A stretch of 64,000 nt of DNA from Flavobacteriales bacterium (GCA_947444925.1 CANFBW010000002.1:64396-128395); one strand, 5' to 3'. Positions 50,978 to 63,428 are shown, counted from the stretch's first letter. The notes: generated by a model not told the origin, from the letters alone. Program-made: numbers and translations.

Positions 50978-52099
50978 TTGACGATAGCCTATCTTTCTAC
51001 TTTTTATCCTTTTCGCGGCGGAATCGCGCAATTTAATGCTTCGTTCTACCGAGCTTTAGAGAAGGAGCATGTTGTTCACGCTTTTACTTTTACGCGACAA
51101 TATCCTGAGTTTCTATTTCCGGGAAAAACGCAAATGGTGGAGGAGAAAGACAATGCCGATAAAATTCCTGCTGAGCGTTTGCTGGATACCGTGAATCCTT
51201 TTACCGGAAGTATCACTGCCAAGGCCATCAATAAAACAGAACCCGATATTTTATTGATGAAATATTGGATGCCTTTTTTTGCGCCATCGCTAGGGGCTGT
51301 GGCTGCCAAGATGAATTCAAATACCAAGACGATTGCGATTTTAGACAACGTGCTTCCACATGAAAAGCACTTTTACGATATTCCACTCACCAAGTATTTT
51401 TTAAATCAGTGCGATGGTTTTGTAGTGATGAGCGATGCCGTGAAAAAAGATTTACTGAGCTTGAAGCCTGATGCTAAATTTATTTTGCACCAACATCCTT
51501 TCTACGATCATTTCGGACCCATCGAGGACAGCGCTGCTGCACGTGCAAAACTGAGCATTGCAGTGGATCAAAAGGTGCTTTTGTTTTTTGGATTTATTCG
51601 CGGTTACAAAGGCTTGGATATTTTGTTGGAAGCCTTTAAAAATGCGGGTAACGACTATACCTTGCTCATTGCCGGAGAACCCTACGAAGATTTTGAAAAA
51701 TACCAACCTGCCATCGACGCTTTGAAAGCTGCAGGAAAGAATGTTGTTGACCACATTCGCTACATTGAAGACCACGAGGTGCCCACCTTATTTTCTGCTT
51801 CCGATGTGTGCGTGCTGCCCTACAAAAGCGCGACCCAAAGCGGTATCGCTTCTATCGCCATGCATTTTGAGTTGCCGATGATTGTCACCAATGTGGGCGG
51901 TTTGCCGGAGGAAGTGGACAATGGAAAAACGGGAATGATTGCCACTGAGGTGTCTGCGCCTGCTGTATGGCAAGCCATTGACGCATACTTTAAAAATAAT
52001 TTAAAGTCGACTTTTCAGCAAAACATTGCTGCCACTAAGCAGCAGCGCTCTTGGAAAAATTTGGCGGAGGCAGTGGTTGCTTTTTCAAAAACGATTTAG
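50978..52099 (+). CDS. Glycosyltransferase family 4 (GT1-type fold)
   Basis: C-terminal ...LPYKSATQSGIASIAMHFELPMIVTNVGGLPE matches the GT4 E-x7-E region. TTG start. Confidence 0.7.
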   Translation: MTIAYLSTFYPFRGGIAQFNASFYRALEKEHVVHAFTFTRQYPEFLFPGKTQMVEEKDNADKIPAERLLDTVNPFTGSITAKAINKTEPDILLMKYWMPFFAPSLGAVAAKMNSNTKTIAILDNVLPHEKHFYDIPLTKYFLNQCDGFVVMSDAVKKDLLSLKPDAKFILHQHPFYDHFGPIEDSAAARAKLSIAVDQKVLLFFGFIRGYKGLDILLEAFKNAGNDYTLLIAGEPYEDFEKYQPAIDALKAAGKNVVDHIRYIEDHEVPTLFSASDVCVLPYKSATQSGIASIAMHFELPMIVTNVGGLPEEVDNGKTGMIATEVSAPAVWQAIDAYFKNNLKSTFQQNIAATKQQRSWKNLAEAVVAFSKTI

Positions 52100-52233
52100 T
52101 GCTCGTCGCCACTTGCTTGCACGGCCAATGTTTATGCAGGATAGTGTGGTCTGCGGAAATCTATCTGCAATAAATTTCGAACACCTTCTTTTTTATCGAA
52201 TACAATAGTTATTTTTGGACCTTTCTGAAAAAT

Positions 52234-54474
52234 ATGCAAACAAAAACAGTACAACCAGCGGTTACTTTAGAGGTGGCAAAATCTGTCGGACTTCTTGAAA
52301 GCGAATTCGAAAAAATAAAATCCATATTGGGACGTGATCCTAATTTTACGGAGTTGAGTATTTTTTCAGTGATGTGGTCAGAACATTGTTCGTACAAAAA
52401 TTCCATCAAATGGTTGAAGACATTGCCAAAGAAAGGCGATAGAATGTTGGTGGAAGCGGGAGAAGAAAATGCAGGTTTGGTGGATATTGGATCTGGTTTG
52501 GCGTGCTGTTTTAAAATAGAATCACACAATCATCCATCTGCTTTGGAGCCCTACCAAGGGGCTGCGACGGGAGTGGGAGGAATCAACCGCGATATTTTCA
52601 CCATGGGTGCTCGTCCCATTGCTCAATTGAATTCACTTCGTTTTGGAAATATTGAATTGGCCCGAACCAAATGGTTGGTAAAAGGTGTGGTATCAGGTAT
52701 TGGACATTACGGCAATGCCTTTGGCGTGCCGGTAGTAGGGGGTGAAGTGTTTTTTGACGATTGTTACAATACCAATCCTTTGGTAAACGCCATGTCTGCG
52801 GGTATCGTAAAGGTAGGTGAAACCATTTCTGCGATTTCTGAAGGTCCTGGAAACCCAGTTTTTATAGTAGGTTCAGCGACAGGTAAAGATGGAATCCACG
52901 GAGCAACATTTGCTTCTGAAGACATTACTGAGGATTCAGAAGACAAAATTCCAGCGGTACAAGTTGGTGATCCGTTTCAAGAAAAATTGTTGTTGGAGGC
53001 TTCTTTGGAATTGATCAAAACTGGCGCTGTTGTTGGCATGCAAGATATGGGTGCGGCAGGAATCACCTGCTCTACCTCAGAGATGAGTGCGAAGGGAAAA
53101 TGTGGAATGGAAATTCATTTGGACAAGGTGCCGATGCGTCAAGCGAATATGGAGCCTTTCGAAATTTTGTTGTCTGAATCACAAGAGCGCATGCTCGTAG
53201 TGGTGCACAAAGGAAGAGAAAAAGAAGTGCTGGATATTTTTGAGAAATGGGATTTGAACTGTGTTGAAATTGGTACGGTTACAGCCGGCGAACGCATCAA
53301 ATATTATTTCCATGGAGAATTGGTTGCCGACGTTCCTGCCGATGATTTGGTTTTGGGTGGTGGTGCTCCAGTGTATGAAAGAGAATACAAAGAACCTGCG
53401 TCTTATGCAGAATCAAAAAAATTCAATATCGCTCAAATCGAAGAGCCTTTGAACTTACAAGAAGTTATCGAAACGATGATCACCCACCCCAACTTGGCTT
53501 CTAAAGCATGGGTAATTCAACAATACGACTCTATGGTGGGTACTGCCAATATGAGTACCAATCAGCCCACTGATGCGGGGATAGTGAACATCAAAGGTAC
53601 CGATAAAGCGATTGCTTTAACGGTTGATTGCAACGCTCGTTACGTAAATGCCGATCCTGAGATCGGAACGATGATTGCGGTTTGCGAAGCGGCGCGAAAC
53701 ATTGTTGTTTCGGGCGGTGAACCGGTGGCGATCACCAATTGTTTGAATTTTGGAAATCCATATGTTCCTGAAGTATACTGGCAGTTTGTTGGTGCTATCA
53801 AAGGTATGGGCGAAGCTTGCCGTCGTTTGGGTACGCCTGTAACGGGAGGAAATGTTTCATTTTACAACCAATCTACCTTAGATGGAAAAGTGGTTCCTGT
53901 ATTTCCTACGCCAACAATTGGTATGTTGGGAATAGTAGACGACAAAAGCACCATAACGCCACTTGGTTTTCAGAAAAAGGGCGATTTGATTTTTATGCTC
54001 GGTAGCGCGCATGACGACATTAGTTCTTCGCAATATTTGGTTTCTATTCACGGTGTGAAGTCTTCTCCTGCTCCATATTTCAATCTCGACGAAGAAGTGG
54101 AATTGCAAAAGGTGGTGAAAAAATTAATCGGCGCTGCAGTAATAGAGTCGGCGCACGACGTTTCTGACGGTGGTTTGTTTATAACGCTTTTTGAATCAGG
54201 TTTGCCAAAGTCTTTGGGCTTTGACATTACCCTGCCAATTGAATTCCGCAGAGATGCTTTCTTGTTTGGGGAATCTCAGTCGAGAGTGATTGTTTCCATT
54301 CGCGAAGAAAACCACGATGCTTTCTTGAAAGTACTTGAAGGTTCAACGATGCCACATACTTTATTAGGACACGTGACCAAAGGCGAGTTGCGTATTGACG
54401 ACGAGAGCTACGGTTTTGTAGAAGATTTAAGAGTACAATTCGACAGCGCGTTGGGCGATTTGTTGAATAAGTAA
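52234..54474 (+). CDS. purL: Phosphoribosylformylglycinamidine synthase subunit PurL
   Basis: SEHCSYKNS...[21 protein letters not shown] motifs. 746 aa. Confidence 0.9.
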   Translation: MQTKTVQPAVTLEVAKSVGLLESEFEKIKSILGRDPNFTELSIFSVMWSEHCSYKNSIKWLKTLPKKGDRMLVEAGEENAGLVDIGSGLACCFKIESHNHPSALEPYQGAATGVGGINRDIFTMGARPIAQLNSLRFGNIELARTKWLVKGVVSGIGHYGNAFGVPVVGGEVFFDDCYNTNPLVNAMSAGIVKVGETISAISEGPGNPVFIVGSATGKDGIHGATFASEDITEDSEDKIPAVQVGDPFQEKLLLEASLELIKTGAVVGMQDMGAAGITCSTSEMSAKGKCGMEIHLDKVPMRQANMEPFEILLSESQERMLVVVHKGREKEVLDIFEKWDLNCVEIGTVTAGERIKYYFHGELVADVPADDLVLGGGAPVYEREYKEPASYAESKKFNIAQIEEPLNLQEVIETMITHPNLASKAWVIQQYDSMVGTANMSTNQPTDAGIVNIKGTDKAIALTVDCNARYVNADPEIGTMIAVCEAARNIVVSGGEPVAITNCLNFGNPYVPEVYWQFVGAIKGMGEACRRLGTPVTGGNVSFYNQSTLDGKVVPVFPTPTIGMLGIVDDKSTITPLGFQKKGDLIFMLGSAHDDISSSQYLVSIHGVKSSPAPYFNLDEEVELQKVVKKLIGAAVIESAHDVSDGGLFITLFESGLPKSLGFDITLPIEFRRDAFLFGESQSRVIVSIREENHDAFLKVLEGSTMPHTLLGHVTKGELRIDDESYGFVEDLRVQFDSALGDLLNK

Positions 54475-54482
54475 CAGAGCTT

Positions 54483-55763
54483 TTATTTTAATGTGGCGGC
54501 GATGTATTGCGCAATCAAGAGGTTTCCTCTGGCATTAAGGTGTGTGTCGTAGTGCCAGTACAGCAAGGCCCTTTCGCTTTCGAAATGTTTTTTGGATTCC
54601 CTGATTATAAAGGGTTTGCTGTCGTGAAAATCAACGGCATTTTCTGTTGCAACACTACTGAGTAATTTACTGAGCGGCGATGCGCAGGTGTCGGAAGTCC
54701 ATTCTTTTTTTCCATACAACAACCACTGGTACACCTCTTCTTTTGAGGGCAGTAAATAGATTTTGAGTGCTATGTTTTTTTCGCGCATCAACTGCATTGT
54801 TGCTCTAAGTGTTGCTTTTAGTGCCTTGTAGTTTTTATGTGTTTCTATCTCACAATTGCAACAGCCATAATTTTCAAATTCTTTAGCATAGTTGCTGTAG
54901 AAGGTGATTTCTTGATTTTTGTTTATTTTTTTGCGGAGCAGTAGCGCTTGTTTGTCTTCGCTGTGCGCAAGAGACTCAAGTGCGCAACGCAGGGGTGATT
55001 TTTCTCGAAATGCAAAAAAAGAGTCGCGTGCTCTTTCTGTTTTTTTGGCTACGGTATACAGCTCATCGGTGTTCCGGAGCGGACCATAGTTGCCTTCTAG
55101 GTCATTGCCGGCAAAGAGCAACCAAAGTACTGGCGCGCCTTTTTTAAGAGAAATATTTTTGAGTTCGCGTTGCAGTAAATGAAATTGCTCCCATGGTCCG
55201 TTTCCTGAAACAGAAAGATTGTAGCTGTTGTAGTGGAGGTTGGAATAAAGTAATTCACTAATGGTGCTATCTTGCGTGCACATGCCAACTCCGAATGAAT
55301 CGCCAATCAAAAGCGCATCACAATTTTTTTTTGTGTGTGCGTTGTTGCGAAATCCGAGTGCGTCTGTTTTGATGTGTAGTATTTGTTCGCGCGCATTTGG
55401 GTTATTGCTGGGCGCATCACTGTAGTGGATGTCGCGCTCTTGCAAGGGCTTGTATTTTTGAAGCAGGGGCAGGTCGGTAGATGCGAATAAACTTTCTTGT
55501 TCTGCTTGCCAATTGCGGTAAATGTTTATGCTGAGATCGATAGCAGAAATTGAAATGCACAACAGTGTAACAAGAAAAAAGTAATTGCGCGTGCTGCTGT
55601 TTTTATTCAGGAGTTCGCGCTTGCGCCAGATGAGAAAAAGTGCGGTCAGAAAAACGAGGGAGAGCAATATAAAAGCCGATTTTCCCCAAATGAGGCCACT
55701 CGCCAAAGGCAATAGGTAAGCTGTGCAAAGAAAAAATAGCAGTGCGAAAAATCTTTTTTTCAT
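54483..55763 (-). CDS. Membrane-anchored SGNH/GDSL-like hydrolase family protein (tentative)
   Basis: N-terminal TM segments. ALLIGDSFGVG GDS(L)-like block. C-terminal DTHLNARGN. Confidence 0.4.
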   Translation of the reverse strand: MKKRFFALLFFLCTAYLLPLASGLIWGKSAFILLSLVFLTALFLIWRKRELLNKNSSTRNYFFLVTLLCISISAIDLSINIYRNWQAEQESLFASTDLPLLQKYKPLQERDIHYSDAPSNNPNAREQILHIKTDALGFRNNAHTKKNCDALLIGDSFGVGMCTQDSTISELLYSNLHYNSYNLSVSGNGPWEQFHLLQRELKNISLKKGAPVLWLLFAGNDLEGNYGPLRNTDELYTVAKKTERARDSFFAFREKSPLRCALESLAHSEDKQALLLRKKINKNQEITFYSNYAKEFENYGCCNCEIETHKNYKALKATLRATMQLMREKNIALKIYLLPSKEEVYQWLLYGKKEWTSDTCASPLSKLLSSVATENAVDFHDSKPFIIRESKKHFESERALLYWHYDTHLNARGNLLIAQYIAATLK

Positions 55764-55820
55764 CGTGCTAAATATAGCAATAGTGCGCGTTGTTTATTGA
55801 ATCGTTGCGAAAAGGAAGGG

Positions 55821-56693
55821 CTAAAACATTATTTTACATTGAGGCATCAAGGCGCGTAAAAGATCTATGTCGGTGCTAGAAATAGGATTTCCTCTGAGGT
55901 CAAGCAGCTCTAATTTTTTCAGGAGTGCAATTTCTTCGGGCACGATTTTTATGTTATTGTCTTTGAGTGAAAGGGATTTCATTTGTACTAAATCAAAAAG
56001 AGAAGTAGGTATTGTTTCAATGGTGTTTCCTTCTAGTATCAATGTTTGCAGGTTTTGTAGGTTGCCAATTTGAGTTGATATTTTTTTGATTTTACAAGCG
56101 ACCAAAGTCACTTCTTTCAATTGTAGGCATTTGGTAATACTGCGCGGAAATCCATGCAGATTGGAATTGTAAATGGTGATCGAGCGCAGTTTTGGGATTT
56201 TCGAAATGGCAGCGCCAACACGAAAGGTGTCGGTGCTATTGCTGTGTATCTGCAGGGTCTGTAAGTTGAGCAGTGTGGCCATTTCTGATGGCAGTGAGTC
56301 GAGCGCGCTTTGTTGCAGCAGCAATACTTCTAAAAGTTGCCAGTTGACCATTGAAGTCGGAAAGTGCTGCAGCGGGTTTTGAGCAATTTGCAAATACACC
56401 AATTCGCTGAGAGCGCCCATTTCGGTGGGTAATGTGCTCAAGCGGTTGTTGCGCAATACTGCGATTTGCAAGTGCGGCAGGCGTTTTATTTTTTGAATGT
56501 CTTTGCTGAGGTCTTCGTTTTCGGATTGCAATTTGTATACGTCATCTTTTGATTTCATAGCTTCTTCAAAGGAACTGAAGGTTTTGGCTTGCAGCGGTCC
56601 ATATTTATTGAAGGGGCTTTCGGCATCTTGTGCAACACTGCATTTGCAGAGAAAAACAAAGAGGAAGAGGGAGAATGTTTTCATATCTGCCAT
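55821..56693 (-). CDS. Leucine-rich-repeat (LRR) protein with signal peptide
   Basis: Tandem LxxLxxLxLxxNxLxxLP repeats. Confidence 0.7.
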   Translation of the reverse strand: MADMKTFSLFLFVFLCKCSVAQDAESPFNKYGPLQAKTFSSFEEAMKSKDDVYKLQSENEDLSKDIQKIKRLPHLQIAVLRNNRLSTLPTEMGALSELVYLQIAQNPLQHFPTSMVNWQLLEVLLLQQSALDSLPSEMATLLNLQTLQIHSNSTDTFRVGAAISKIPKLRSITIYNSNLHGFPRSITKCLQLKEVTLVACKIKKISTQIGNLQNLQTLILEGNTIETIPTSLFDLVQMKSLSLKDNNIKIVPEEIALLKKLELLDLRGNPISSTDIDLLRALMPQCKIMF

Positions 56694-56768
56694 TAAAATA
56701 AGAAGTTCTTAACAAATTCTGTTTAAATAATTTTGCGAGGGCTATAAAAGAAAAATAATTTACATCCC

Positions 56769-56776
56769 TATTTTTG
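56769..56776 (+). promoter_or_regulatory. Bacteroidetes sigma-A -7 element TAttTTTG upstream of sigA
   Basis: Matches the TAnnTTTG consensus 36 nt upstream of the ATG. A TTTG-type -33 candidate lies at ~56732. Confidence 0.35.
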
Positions 56777-56811
56777 ATTTACGTAAATTGCCACAAATTG
56801 ATAGAGTACCT

Positions 56812-57675
56812 ATGAGACAGCTGAAAATTACCAAATCCATCACCAACAGAGACAGCATTACCTTAGACAAGTATTTGCAGGAAATTGGTAAAGTAACATT
56901 GATCACTTCGGAAGAAGAAGTAGAGTTGGCTGTGAAGATCAGAGCCGGTGATGCGCAAGCGTTGGAGCGATTGACAACAGCGAATCTTCGCTTTGTGGTG
57001 TCGGTTGCAAAACAATACCAAAATCAAGGCTTGTCATTGCCTGATTTGATCAACGAAGGCAACTTGGGTTTGATCAAGGCTGCACAAAGATTTGATGAAA
57101 CAAGAGGTTTTAAATTTATATCCTACGCCGTATGGTGGATTCGTCAGTCTATTATTGCTGCGATTGCCGACCAAAGCAGAATGGTGCGCCTGCCTTTGAA
57201 CAAAGTAGGTAATCTTACAAAAATTAAGAAGGGGATCTCTGATCTCGAACAACGATTGGAAAGAGAACCAACGGTGGAAGAGATTGCTGAAGCCGTAGAA
57301 ATGGAGGTGGATGAAGTGGTTGGTGCCATTAGTATTTCTGGGCGACATACTTCATTGGATGCTCCTTTTCAAGAAGGTGAAGACCATGGTTTGATAGATA
57401 TTATTCAAAATGAAGATTCACCGACAGCCGATAAAAAATTAATTTTCGAATCTTTGCATGCTGAAATTCAGCGCTCTCTGTCAACTTTGACTGAGCGCGA
57501 GGCCGATGTGTTGCGTATGTTTTTTGGCATTGGCTTGCCTCATGCCTACACTCTCGAAGAGATTGGCAATAAACACGGTTTGACACGCGAGCGCGTTCGT
57601 CAAATTAAAGAGAAAGCAATTCGTCGATTGAAGCACCACACTAAAAGCAAATTGCTAAGATCTTATTTGGGATAG
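56812..57675 (+). CDS. rpoD: RNA polymerase primary sigma factor (sigma-70 family, short Bacteroidetes form)
   Basis: Region 2 [37 protein letters not shown]. Region 4 [14 protein letters not shown]...EEIG...TRERVRQI. Confidence 0.85.
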   Translation: MRQLKITKSITNRDSITLDKYLQEIGKVTLITSEEEVELAVKIRAGDAQALERLTTANLRFVVSVAKQYQNQGLSLPDLINEGNLGLIKAAQRFDETRGFKFISYAVWWIRQSIIAAIADQSRMVRLPLNKVGNLTKIKKGISDLEQRLEREPTVEEIAEAVEMEVDEVVGAISISGRHTSLDAPFQEGEDHGLIDIIQNEDSPTADKKLIFESLHAEIQRSLSTLTEREADVLRMFFGIGLPHAYTLEEIGNKHGLTRERVRQIKEKAIRRLKHHTKSKLLRSYLG

Positions 57676-57695
57676 CAACTTGCCATCATTGTACA

Positions 57696-57728
57696 AAGCC
57701 ATCTTTGCAAAAAGATGGCTTTTTTTAT
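57696..57728 (+). terminator. Rho-independent terminator of sigA
   Basis: aagccatcttt-gca-aaagatggctt followed by T8. Confidence 0.6.
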
Positions 57729-58120
57729 GTCACACCGAGTCGCTATCTATCAGATATACAGTGGTGTTGTGTTGGAAACGAATTCTGCTTTAATAATATT
57801 ATTTCAAAAAACGTAATCAGCTAAATATTGTTTCTTTCCTTTAAAATTAAGGATTATGGAAATTATTTTTTTATTTTTATTTTTATTATGTGGAAACGAA
57901 TTGTATATTTGTGTCACTAGGTTAAAGTTGTAAGGCACCGTGGTGTTTCGGTTCAATATCGTTCTTTCTATTACTCAAGTTGTAAGCTTATTGATTGGCT
58001 GAAAAACACGAGTTCCTTATAAAGTTGTTTTATTATTTTCATCCCTCTAAAAGTCACCTGCGCTCCAGGTGACTTTTTCATTTAAACCATTTTTATTTTT
58101 GTTAGTCTTATCTTTGCTTC

Positions 58121-60904
58121 ATGAAAGGTAAAATCGTTTTGTTTTTTATTCTTTGCTGTTCGCTGCTTGTGGCACAATCTAATACTGTAACAGGACAACT
58201 GAATGACAGCAGTAATTCTATTTCTGTGAGAGAGGCGGAGGTATTGTTGGTGAATAACTCGGATTCAACCCTGCGCTATAAAGGAGAGACCCGTGATGAT
58301 GGATTTTTTAAAATTAATGTTGCTGTTCGGGGAGCTTATCAGCTATTGATTGCGACAAAGGGTTATTTGCCGTACGCACAAAACATTGAAATAAATGGCA
58401 GTGACGTGGCTTTGGGTAAAATAGAGCTGCGCTTGCAAAGCATTGCCTTGGCTAAAATTAAAATTTCGGGCAGTGCTGTCCTTAATAAGCAAGACACCAT
58501 TCAGTACAATGCTAGTTCTTACAAAACCAATGTAGATGCAACGGTAGAAGAATTAGCGAAAAAAATGCCCGGACTCACACTTGAAAACGGGGTAATGAAA
58601 GCGCAAGGTGAAGATGTAAAAAAAGTGCTCGTTGATGGCAAACCTTTCTTTGGTGACGATGCCACCCTGGCTTTGAAAAACATTTCTGCCGACATGGTGG
58701 CGCGCATTGAGGTATTTGACCAGTGGAGCGATCAAGCGGTGTTTACTGGTTTTGACGACGGGCAAGCGTCAAAAACCATCAACATCATCACCAAGAAAAA
58801 TGTTAAAAATGGCATTATTGCCAAGGCTTATACAGGCTATGGCGACGGAGATAAATACCAGGGCGGGGGTAATTTTAATTATTTTAAAGGCAATCGCCGC
58901 TTCACATTGTTGGCCTTGACGAACAATATCAATCAGTCGAATTTTTCTATGCAAGATCTCACGGCCGCCACCGGATCGTCGGCCCCGCCAATGATTTTGG
59001 GTAGAGCTGGTGGACCAAACAATGCCAGTAATCCTGTCAATAATTTTATGGTCAGCGGTCAGCCGGGCATCAATGCGGCGAATTCACTCGGACTCAATTA
59101 CAGTGATTTTTGGGGCAGTAAAATGAAGTTTACCGGCAGTTATTTTTTCAATCACATCAATAACACCAACAATCAATCTTTGGCACGTCAGTATTACTCT
59201 GTGAGCGATACAGCGCAGCTTTACAACGAAAGCAGTGTAAATACCAGCGCCAATTACAACCACCGCGCCAATGTTCGTTTTGAGTATTATATTGATTCGC
59301 TGAATTCCATTATTGCAACGCCCTCGTTCTCTTTGCAAAGCGGAAATTCACTTTTGAACGTAAATGGATTGAATGCCTTGACTACAGGCGATTCTTTGAA
59401 TTCGTCTGTCAATTCCTATACCGCTCAAAACAGTACTTATCGCGCCATCAACGACCTGCTTTTTCGGCACCGTTTTGTAAAAAAAGGAAGAACTCTTTCT
59501 TTTAATGTGCGTGAGGAATGGAGCAATAGAAATGCCAATGGTGATTTGGCGGCAGAAAATTACTATTTCTCCACTGTTCTGACAAAGAGTTTGCGCCAAA
59601 GTACGGTGCAGAATAGTCCGAATCAAAGTCATGCCCTTACAGTGAATTACACCGAGCCGATAGGAAAATGGAGTCAAATTCAAGTAAGCTACAAGGGTAC
59701 TTATCTCACTAATTATTTGGGCGTTGAAACAAGCAATAACAGTAATCTTTTATTGATGTTTACCGATAGTTCACTGAGCAATAAAATGCAAACTAATTTT
59801 TTCACACATTTGCCGGGAGCAGCATTTCGCATCAACAAAGGTAAGAGCTTGCTGTCGTTAGGAGCGGATTACCAATATTCTTTGATGTACGGTGATCAAA
59901 GTTTTCCAACAACATCAACCTTGAATAAAACTTTTCAAAATGTACTTCCCAACGGGATGTTCAGGTATAAGTTTTCCAAAAATATGGATTGGCGCGTGAA
60001 CTTGCGCAATCGCATTGATTTGCCCAATGCGTCGCAGTTGCAGGAAGTATGGAACAATAGCAATCCCTTGCTTCTTTCGCTTGGTAACGCAGCTTTAGTG
60101 CCTCAAAATGTGTGGGTGTTGTACAATCGCTTTTCATACACGAATCCGGTAAACGCACAGTCGTGGATGGTTTTTGCGATGCTGCGCAAAATTGAGCATT
60201 ACGTTTCAAATTCAACCTCGTTGCTGGCAGTAGATACAGTGTTGCAGGGCAAAAGTCTTTTGGCGGGAACACGCTATACACAGCCTATAAATGTTGATGG
60301 ATATTGGAATTCGCGCGTGTATGTGGTGTATGGAACACCGCTGAAAAAATTGAAGATGAATTTGAACTTAACCACCGGGTTTTTCTCATCGGCAACACCA
60401 ACCTTAATGAATGCCAAGCGTGGGATTTCCAATTCATATTCGTTTAATGAAGCAGTGTCGCTGTCGAGCAACATCAGTGAAAACATTGATTTCACGTTGA
60501 GTACAACGGCCAATTACAATATCGTCAACAATTCATTGCAGGCGAATGCTTACAACTATTTCAACCTGGTGACCTCTGCTAAAGTGACCTACCGATTTTG
60601 GAAGGGCGCGGTGCTGCAATCTGAATTGAACCACACATGGTACGCCGGTTTGAATCAAAATTTCAACATCAATTACGCTTTGTGGAACTCGTCGGTGGCC
60701 AAAAAAATTGGCAAAGAAGATGCTTTTGAAATCAAACTTTCAGTGTTTGATGCCCTGCAGCAAAACAACAGTGTGTCGAGAAATGTGAGCGATACCTATG
60801 TTGACGACCTTAAAAGTTTGGTTTTGCAGCGCTATTTTATGCTGACGGCGACCTACAAAATCAAAAAATTAAAGGCGGGAGATCTGCCCGGCGAAAAGCC
60901 TTGA
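58121..60904 (+). CDS. TonB-dependent-receptor-like outer-membrane beta-barrel protein (CarbopepD_reg + plug)
   Basis: Signal peptide, CarbopepD_reg-like N-terminus, plug-like block (DTIQYNASSYKT...GLTLENG...), ~700-aa barrel. Confidence 0.7.
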   Translation: MKGKIVLFFILCCSLLVAQSNTVTGQLNDSSNSISVREAEVLLVNNSDSTLRYKGETRDDGFFKINVAVRGAYQLLIATKGYLPYAQNIEINGSDVALGKIELRLQSIALAKIKISGSAVLNKQDTIQYNASSYKTNVDATVEELAKKMPGLTLENGVMKAQGEDVKKVLVDGKPFFGDDATLALKNISADMVARIEVFDQWSDQAVFTGFDDGQASKTINIITKKNVKNGIIAKAYTGYGDGDKYQGGGNFNYFKGNRRFTLLALTNNINQSNFSMQDLTAATGSSAPPMILGRAGGPNNASNPVNNFMVSGQPGINAANSLGLNYSDFWGSKMKFTGSYFFNHINNTNNQSLARQYYSVSDTAQLYNESSVNTSANYNHRANVRFEYYIDSLNSIIATPSFSLQSGNSLLNVNGLNALTTGDSLNSSVNSYTAQNSTYRAINDLLFRHRFVKKGRTLSFNVREEWSNRNANGDLAAENYYFSTVLTKSLRQSTVQNSPNQSHALTVNYTEPIGKWSQIQVSYKGTYLTNYLGVETSNNSNLLLMFTDSSLSNKMQTNFFTHLPGAAFRINKGKSLLSLGADYQYSLMYGDQSFPTTSTLNKTFQNVLPNGMFRYKFSKNMDWRVNLRNRIDLPNASQLQEVWNNSNPLLLSLGNAALVPQNVWVLYNRFSYTNPVNAQSWMVFAMLRKIEHYVSNSTSLLAVDTVLQGKSLLAGTRYTQPINVDGYWNSRVYVVYGTPLKKLKMNLNLTTGFFSSATPTLMNAKRGISNSYSFNEAVSLSSNISENIDFTLSTTANYNIVNNSLQANAYNYFNLVTSAKVTYRFWKGAVLQSELNHTWYAGLNQNFNINYALWNSSVAKKIGKEDAFEIKLSVFDALQQNNSVSRNVSDTYVDDLKSLVLQRYFMLTATYKIKKLKAGDLPGEKP

Positions 60905-61030
60905 AATTAACGGAAATAGACTTCCTCTTTAAATTAATTCAAGTTTTTGCCTCTAGTCCTTTGCTTGTATGCTAAAATTCTTATTTTTGGCTACTACTCA
61001 ATAAGAGCTATAATACAAAAACCAATTGAC

Positions 61031-63313
61031 ATGGCATTTGATATCGAAATGATTAAAGCTGTTTACTCTAAATTTCCATCTAGAGTAAGTGCAGCGAGAA
61101 AGGTGGTCGGCCGACCTTTGACATTGACCGAAAAAATCCTTTATACACATTTGTGGCAAGGTGAGTCTTCAGAGTCGTACAAACGCGGCGGATCTTATGT
61201 TGACTTTGCGCCAGACCGCATCGCTTGTCAAGATGCTACTGCGCAAATGGCTTTGTTGCAATTTATGCAGGCTGGAAAAAGCCGTGTTGCCGTACCCACT
61301 ACAGTTCATGCTGATCACTTGATTCAGGCTAAATTGGGCGCGAAATCAGATTTAAACACATCAAACATCACCAATAAAGAAGTATTTGATTTCTTGAGTA
61401 CGGTGACCAATAAATACGGTATCGGTTTTTGGAAACCAGGAGCAGGTATCATTCACCAAGTGGTGTTGGAAAACTATGCTTTCCCTGGTGGAATGATGAT
61501 TGGAACCGATTCTCACACGGTAAATGCAGGTGGATTGGGAATGGTGGCCATCGGTGTAGGTGGTGCTGATGCGGTAGACGTTATGTCGGGAATGGCTTGG
61601 GAATTAAAGTTTCCAAAACTAATCGGTATTAAATTAACAGGTAAATTAAACGGATGGACGGCTTCTAAAGACGTTATCCTGAAAGTAGCTGGCATACTCA
61701 CTGTAAAAGGAGGAACAGGTTGCATCGTTGAATATTTTGGAGAAGGAGCAGAGTCTTTGAGTTGCACAGGTAAAGGAACCATTTGCAATATGGGTGCTGA
61801 AATTGGCGCTACCACGTCCACTTTTGGTTACGATGAATCAATGGAACGTTACCTGCGTTCTACCAGCAGAAATGATGTTGCTGATGCTGCTAATGCGGTG
61901 AAGGAACATTTAACTGCTGACCCTGAAGTTTACGCTAATCCAGAAAAATATTTCGACCAAGTAATTGAAATCAACTTGAGTGAATTGGAGCCACATGTAA
62001 ATGGTCCGTTCACACCAGATAGAGCAACGCCTATTTCTCAGTTGAAAGCAGAAGCTATTGCCAACGAATGGCCTTTGAAAATTGAATGGGGCTTGATCGG
62101 TTCTTGCACCAATTCATCTTACGAAGATTTGGCCAGATCGTCTTCTATCGCGCAACAAGCGGTGGATAAAGGTTTGGTTACAAAGGCAGAATTCGGTATC
62201 AATCCTGGATCTGAGCAAGTGCGTTACACTGCCGAAAGAGATGGTTTGTTAGCTCCTTTCGACAAAGTGAATGCTACTTTGTTTACCAATGCTTGCGGGC
62301 CATGTATTGGTCAGTGGGACAGAGCGGGTGCTGATAAAAAAGAAAAAAACACCATTATTCACTCTTTCAACAGAAACTTTGCGAAGAGAGCCGATGGTAA
62401 TCCAAATACATTTGCCTTCGTTGCTTCGCCAGAAATCGTTGCTGCATTGGCAATTGCTGGTGATCTTGGTTTCAATCCATTAACAGATACTTTAACCAAC
62501 GACAAAGGAGAACAAGTTAAATTCGACGCACCTAAAGGTGACGAATTGCCTGCTAAAGGTTTTGCTGTAGAAAACAATGGCTACCAAGCGCCAGCTGCCG
62601 ATGGTTCATCAGTGGTGGTAGCGGTGAGTCCAACTTCTGATCGTTTGCAATTGTTAGAAGAGTTTACGCCTTGGAACAAGAAAAATATCACCGGTGCTAA
62701 ATTGCTGATTAAAGCAAAAGGAAAATGTACTACGGATCATATTTCTATGGCTGGTCCATGGTTGAAATACAGAGGTCACTTAGACAACATTTCTAACAAC
62801 TGTTTGATTGGTGCTGTTAACGCCTTTGGTGAAGCCGTAAATAAAGTAAAAAATCAATTGACGGGTGAATTTGGTGAAGTGCCTGCAGTAGCGCGCGCTT
62901 ACAAAGCAGCTGGTGTTCCTACCATCGTTGTTGGTGATGAAAACTATGGCGAAGGTTCTTCAAGAGAACACGCTGCTATGGAGCCTCGCTTCTTAGGTGT
63001 TGTTGCGGTATTGGTGCGTTCATTCGCTCGTATCCACGAAACCAACTTGAAAAAACAAGGAATGTTGGGATTGACTTTCGCTAATCCTGCTGACTACGAT
63101 AAAATTCAAGAAGACGATACCATCGACTTCACTGACTTAGAGCAATTCGCTCCAGGAAAACCATTGACTTTGAAATTTACACATGCCAATGGAAGTGTTG
63201 ACGAAATCAAATGCAACCACACTTACAACGACAGCCAAATCGGTTGGTTTGTTGCGGGTTCGGCGTTGAATTTAATTAAAATGGAAGCCGCTAAAAGTGG
63301 TGCTACAGCTTAA
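61031..63313 (+). CDS. acnA: Aconitate hydratase (AcnA/mitochondrial-type, ~760 aa)
   Basis: [36 protein letters not shown] cluster-ligand motifs. Confidence 0.9.
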   Translation: MAFDIEMIKAVYSKFPSRVSAARKVVGRPLTLTEKILYTHLWQGESSESYKRGGSYVDFAPDRIACQDATAQMALLQFMQAGKSRVAVPTTVHADHLIQAKLGAKSDLNTSNITNKEVFDFLSTVTNKYGIGFWKPGAGIIHQVVLENYAFPGGMMIGTDSHTVNAGGLGMVAIGVGGADAVDVMSGMAWELKFPKLIGIKLTGKLNGWTASKDVILKVAGILTVKGGTGCIVEYFGEGAESLSCTGKGTICNMGAEIGATTSTFGYDESMERYLRSTSRNDVADAANAVKEHLTADPEVYANPEKYFDQVIEINLSELEPHVNGPFTPDRATPISQLKAEAIANEWPLKIEWGLIGSCTNSSYEDLARSSSIAQQAVDKGLVTKAEFGINPGSEQVRYTAERDGLLAPFDKVNATLFTNACGPCIGQWDRAGADKKEKNTIIHSFNRNFAKRADGNPNTFAFVASPEIVAALAIAGDLGFNPLTDTLTNDKGEQVKFDAPKGDELPAKGFAVENNGYQAPAADGSSVVVAVSPTSDRLQLLEEFTPWNKKNITGAKLLIKAKGKCTTDHISMAGPWLKYRGHLDNISNNCLIGAVNAFGEAVNKVKNQLTGEFGEVPAVARAYKAAGVPTIVVGDENYGEGSSREHAAMEPRFLGVVAVLVRSFARIHETNLKKQGMLGLTFANPADYDKIQEDDTIDFTDLEQFAPGKPLTLKFTHANGSVDEIKCNHTYNDSQIGWFVAGSALNLIKMEAAKSGATA

Positions 63314-63337
63314 TTAAAATTGATATATTGAATAAGA

Positions 63338-63367
63338 TCCCCACTGAATTTCAGTGGGGATTTTTAT
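63338..63367 (+). terminator. Rho-independent terminator of the aconitase gene
   Basis: tccccactga-att-tcagtgggga followed by T5. Confidence 0.6.
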
Positions 63368-63428
63368 TTACTTTTAGTTTGTTGGAGGATGAAAGGCTTT
63401 TTGAAAAGCGATGTGAATAATAAAATAA

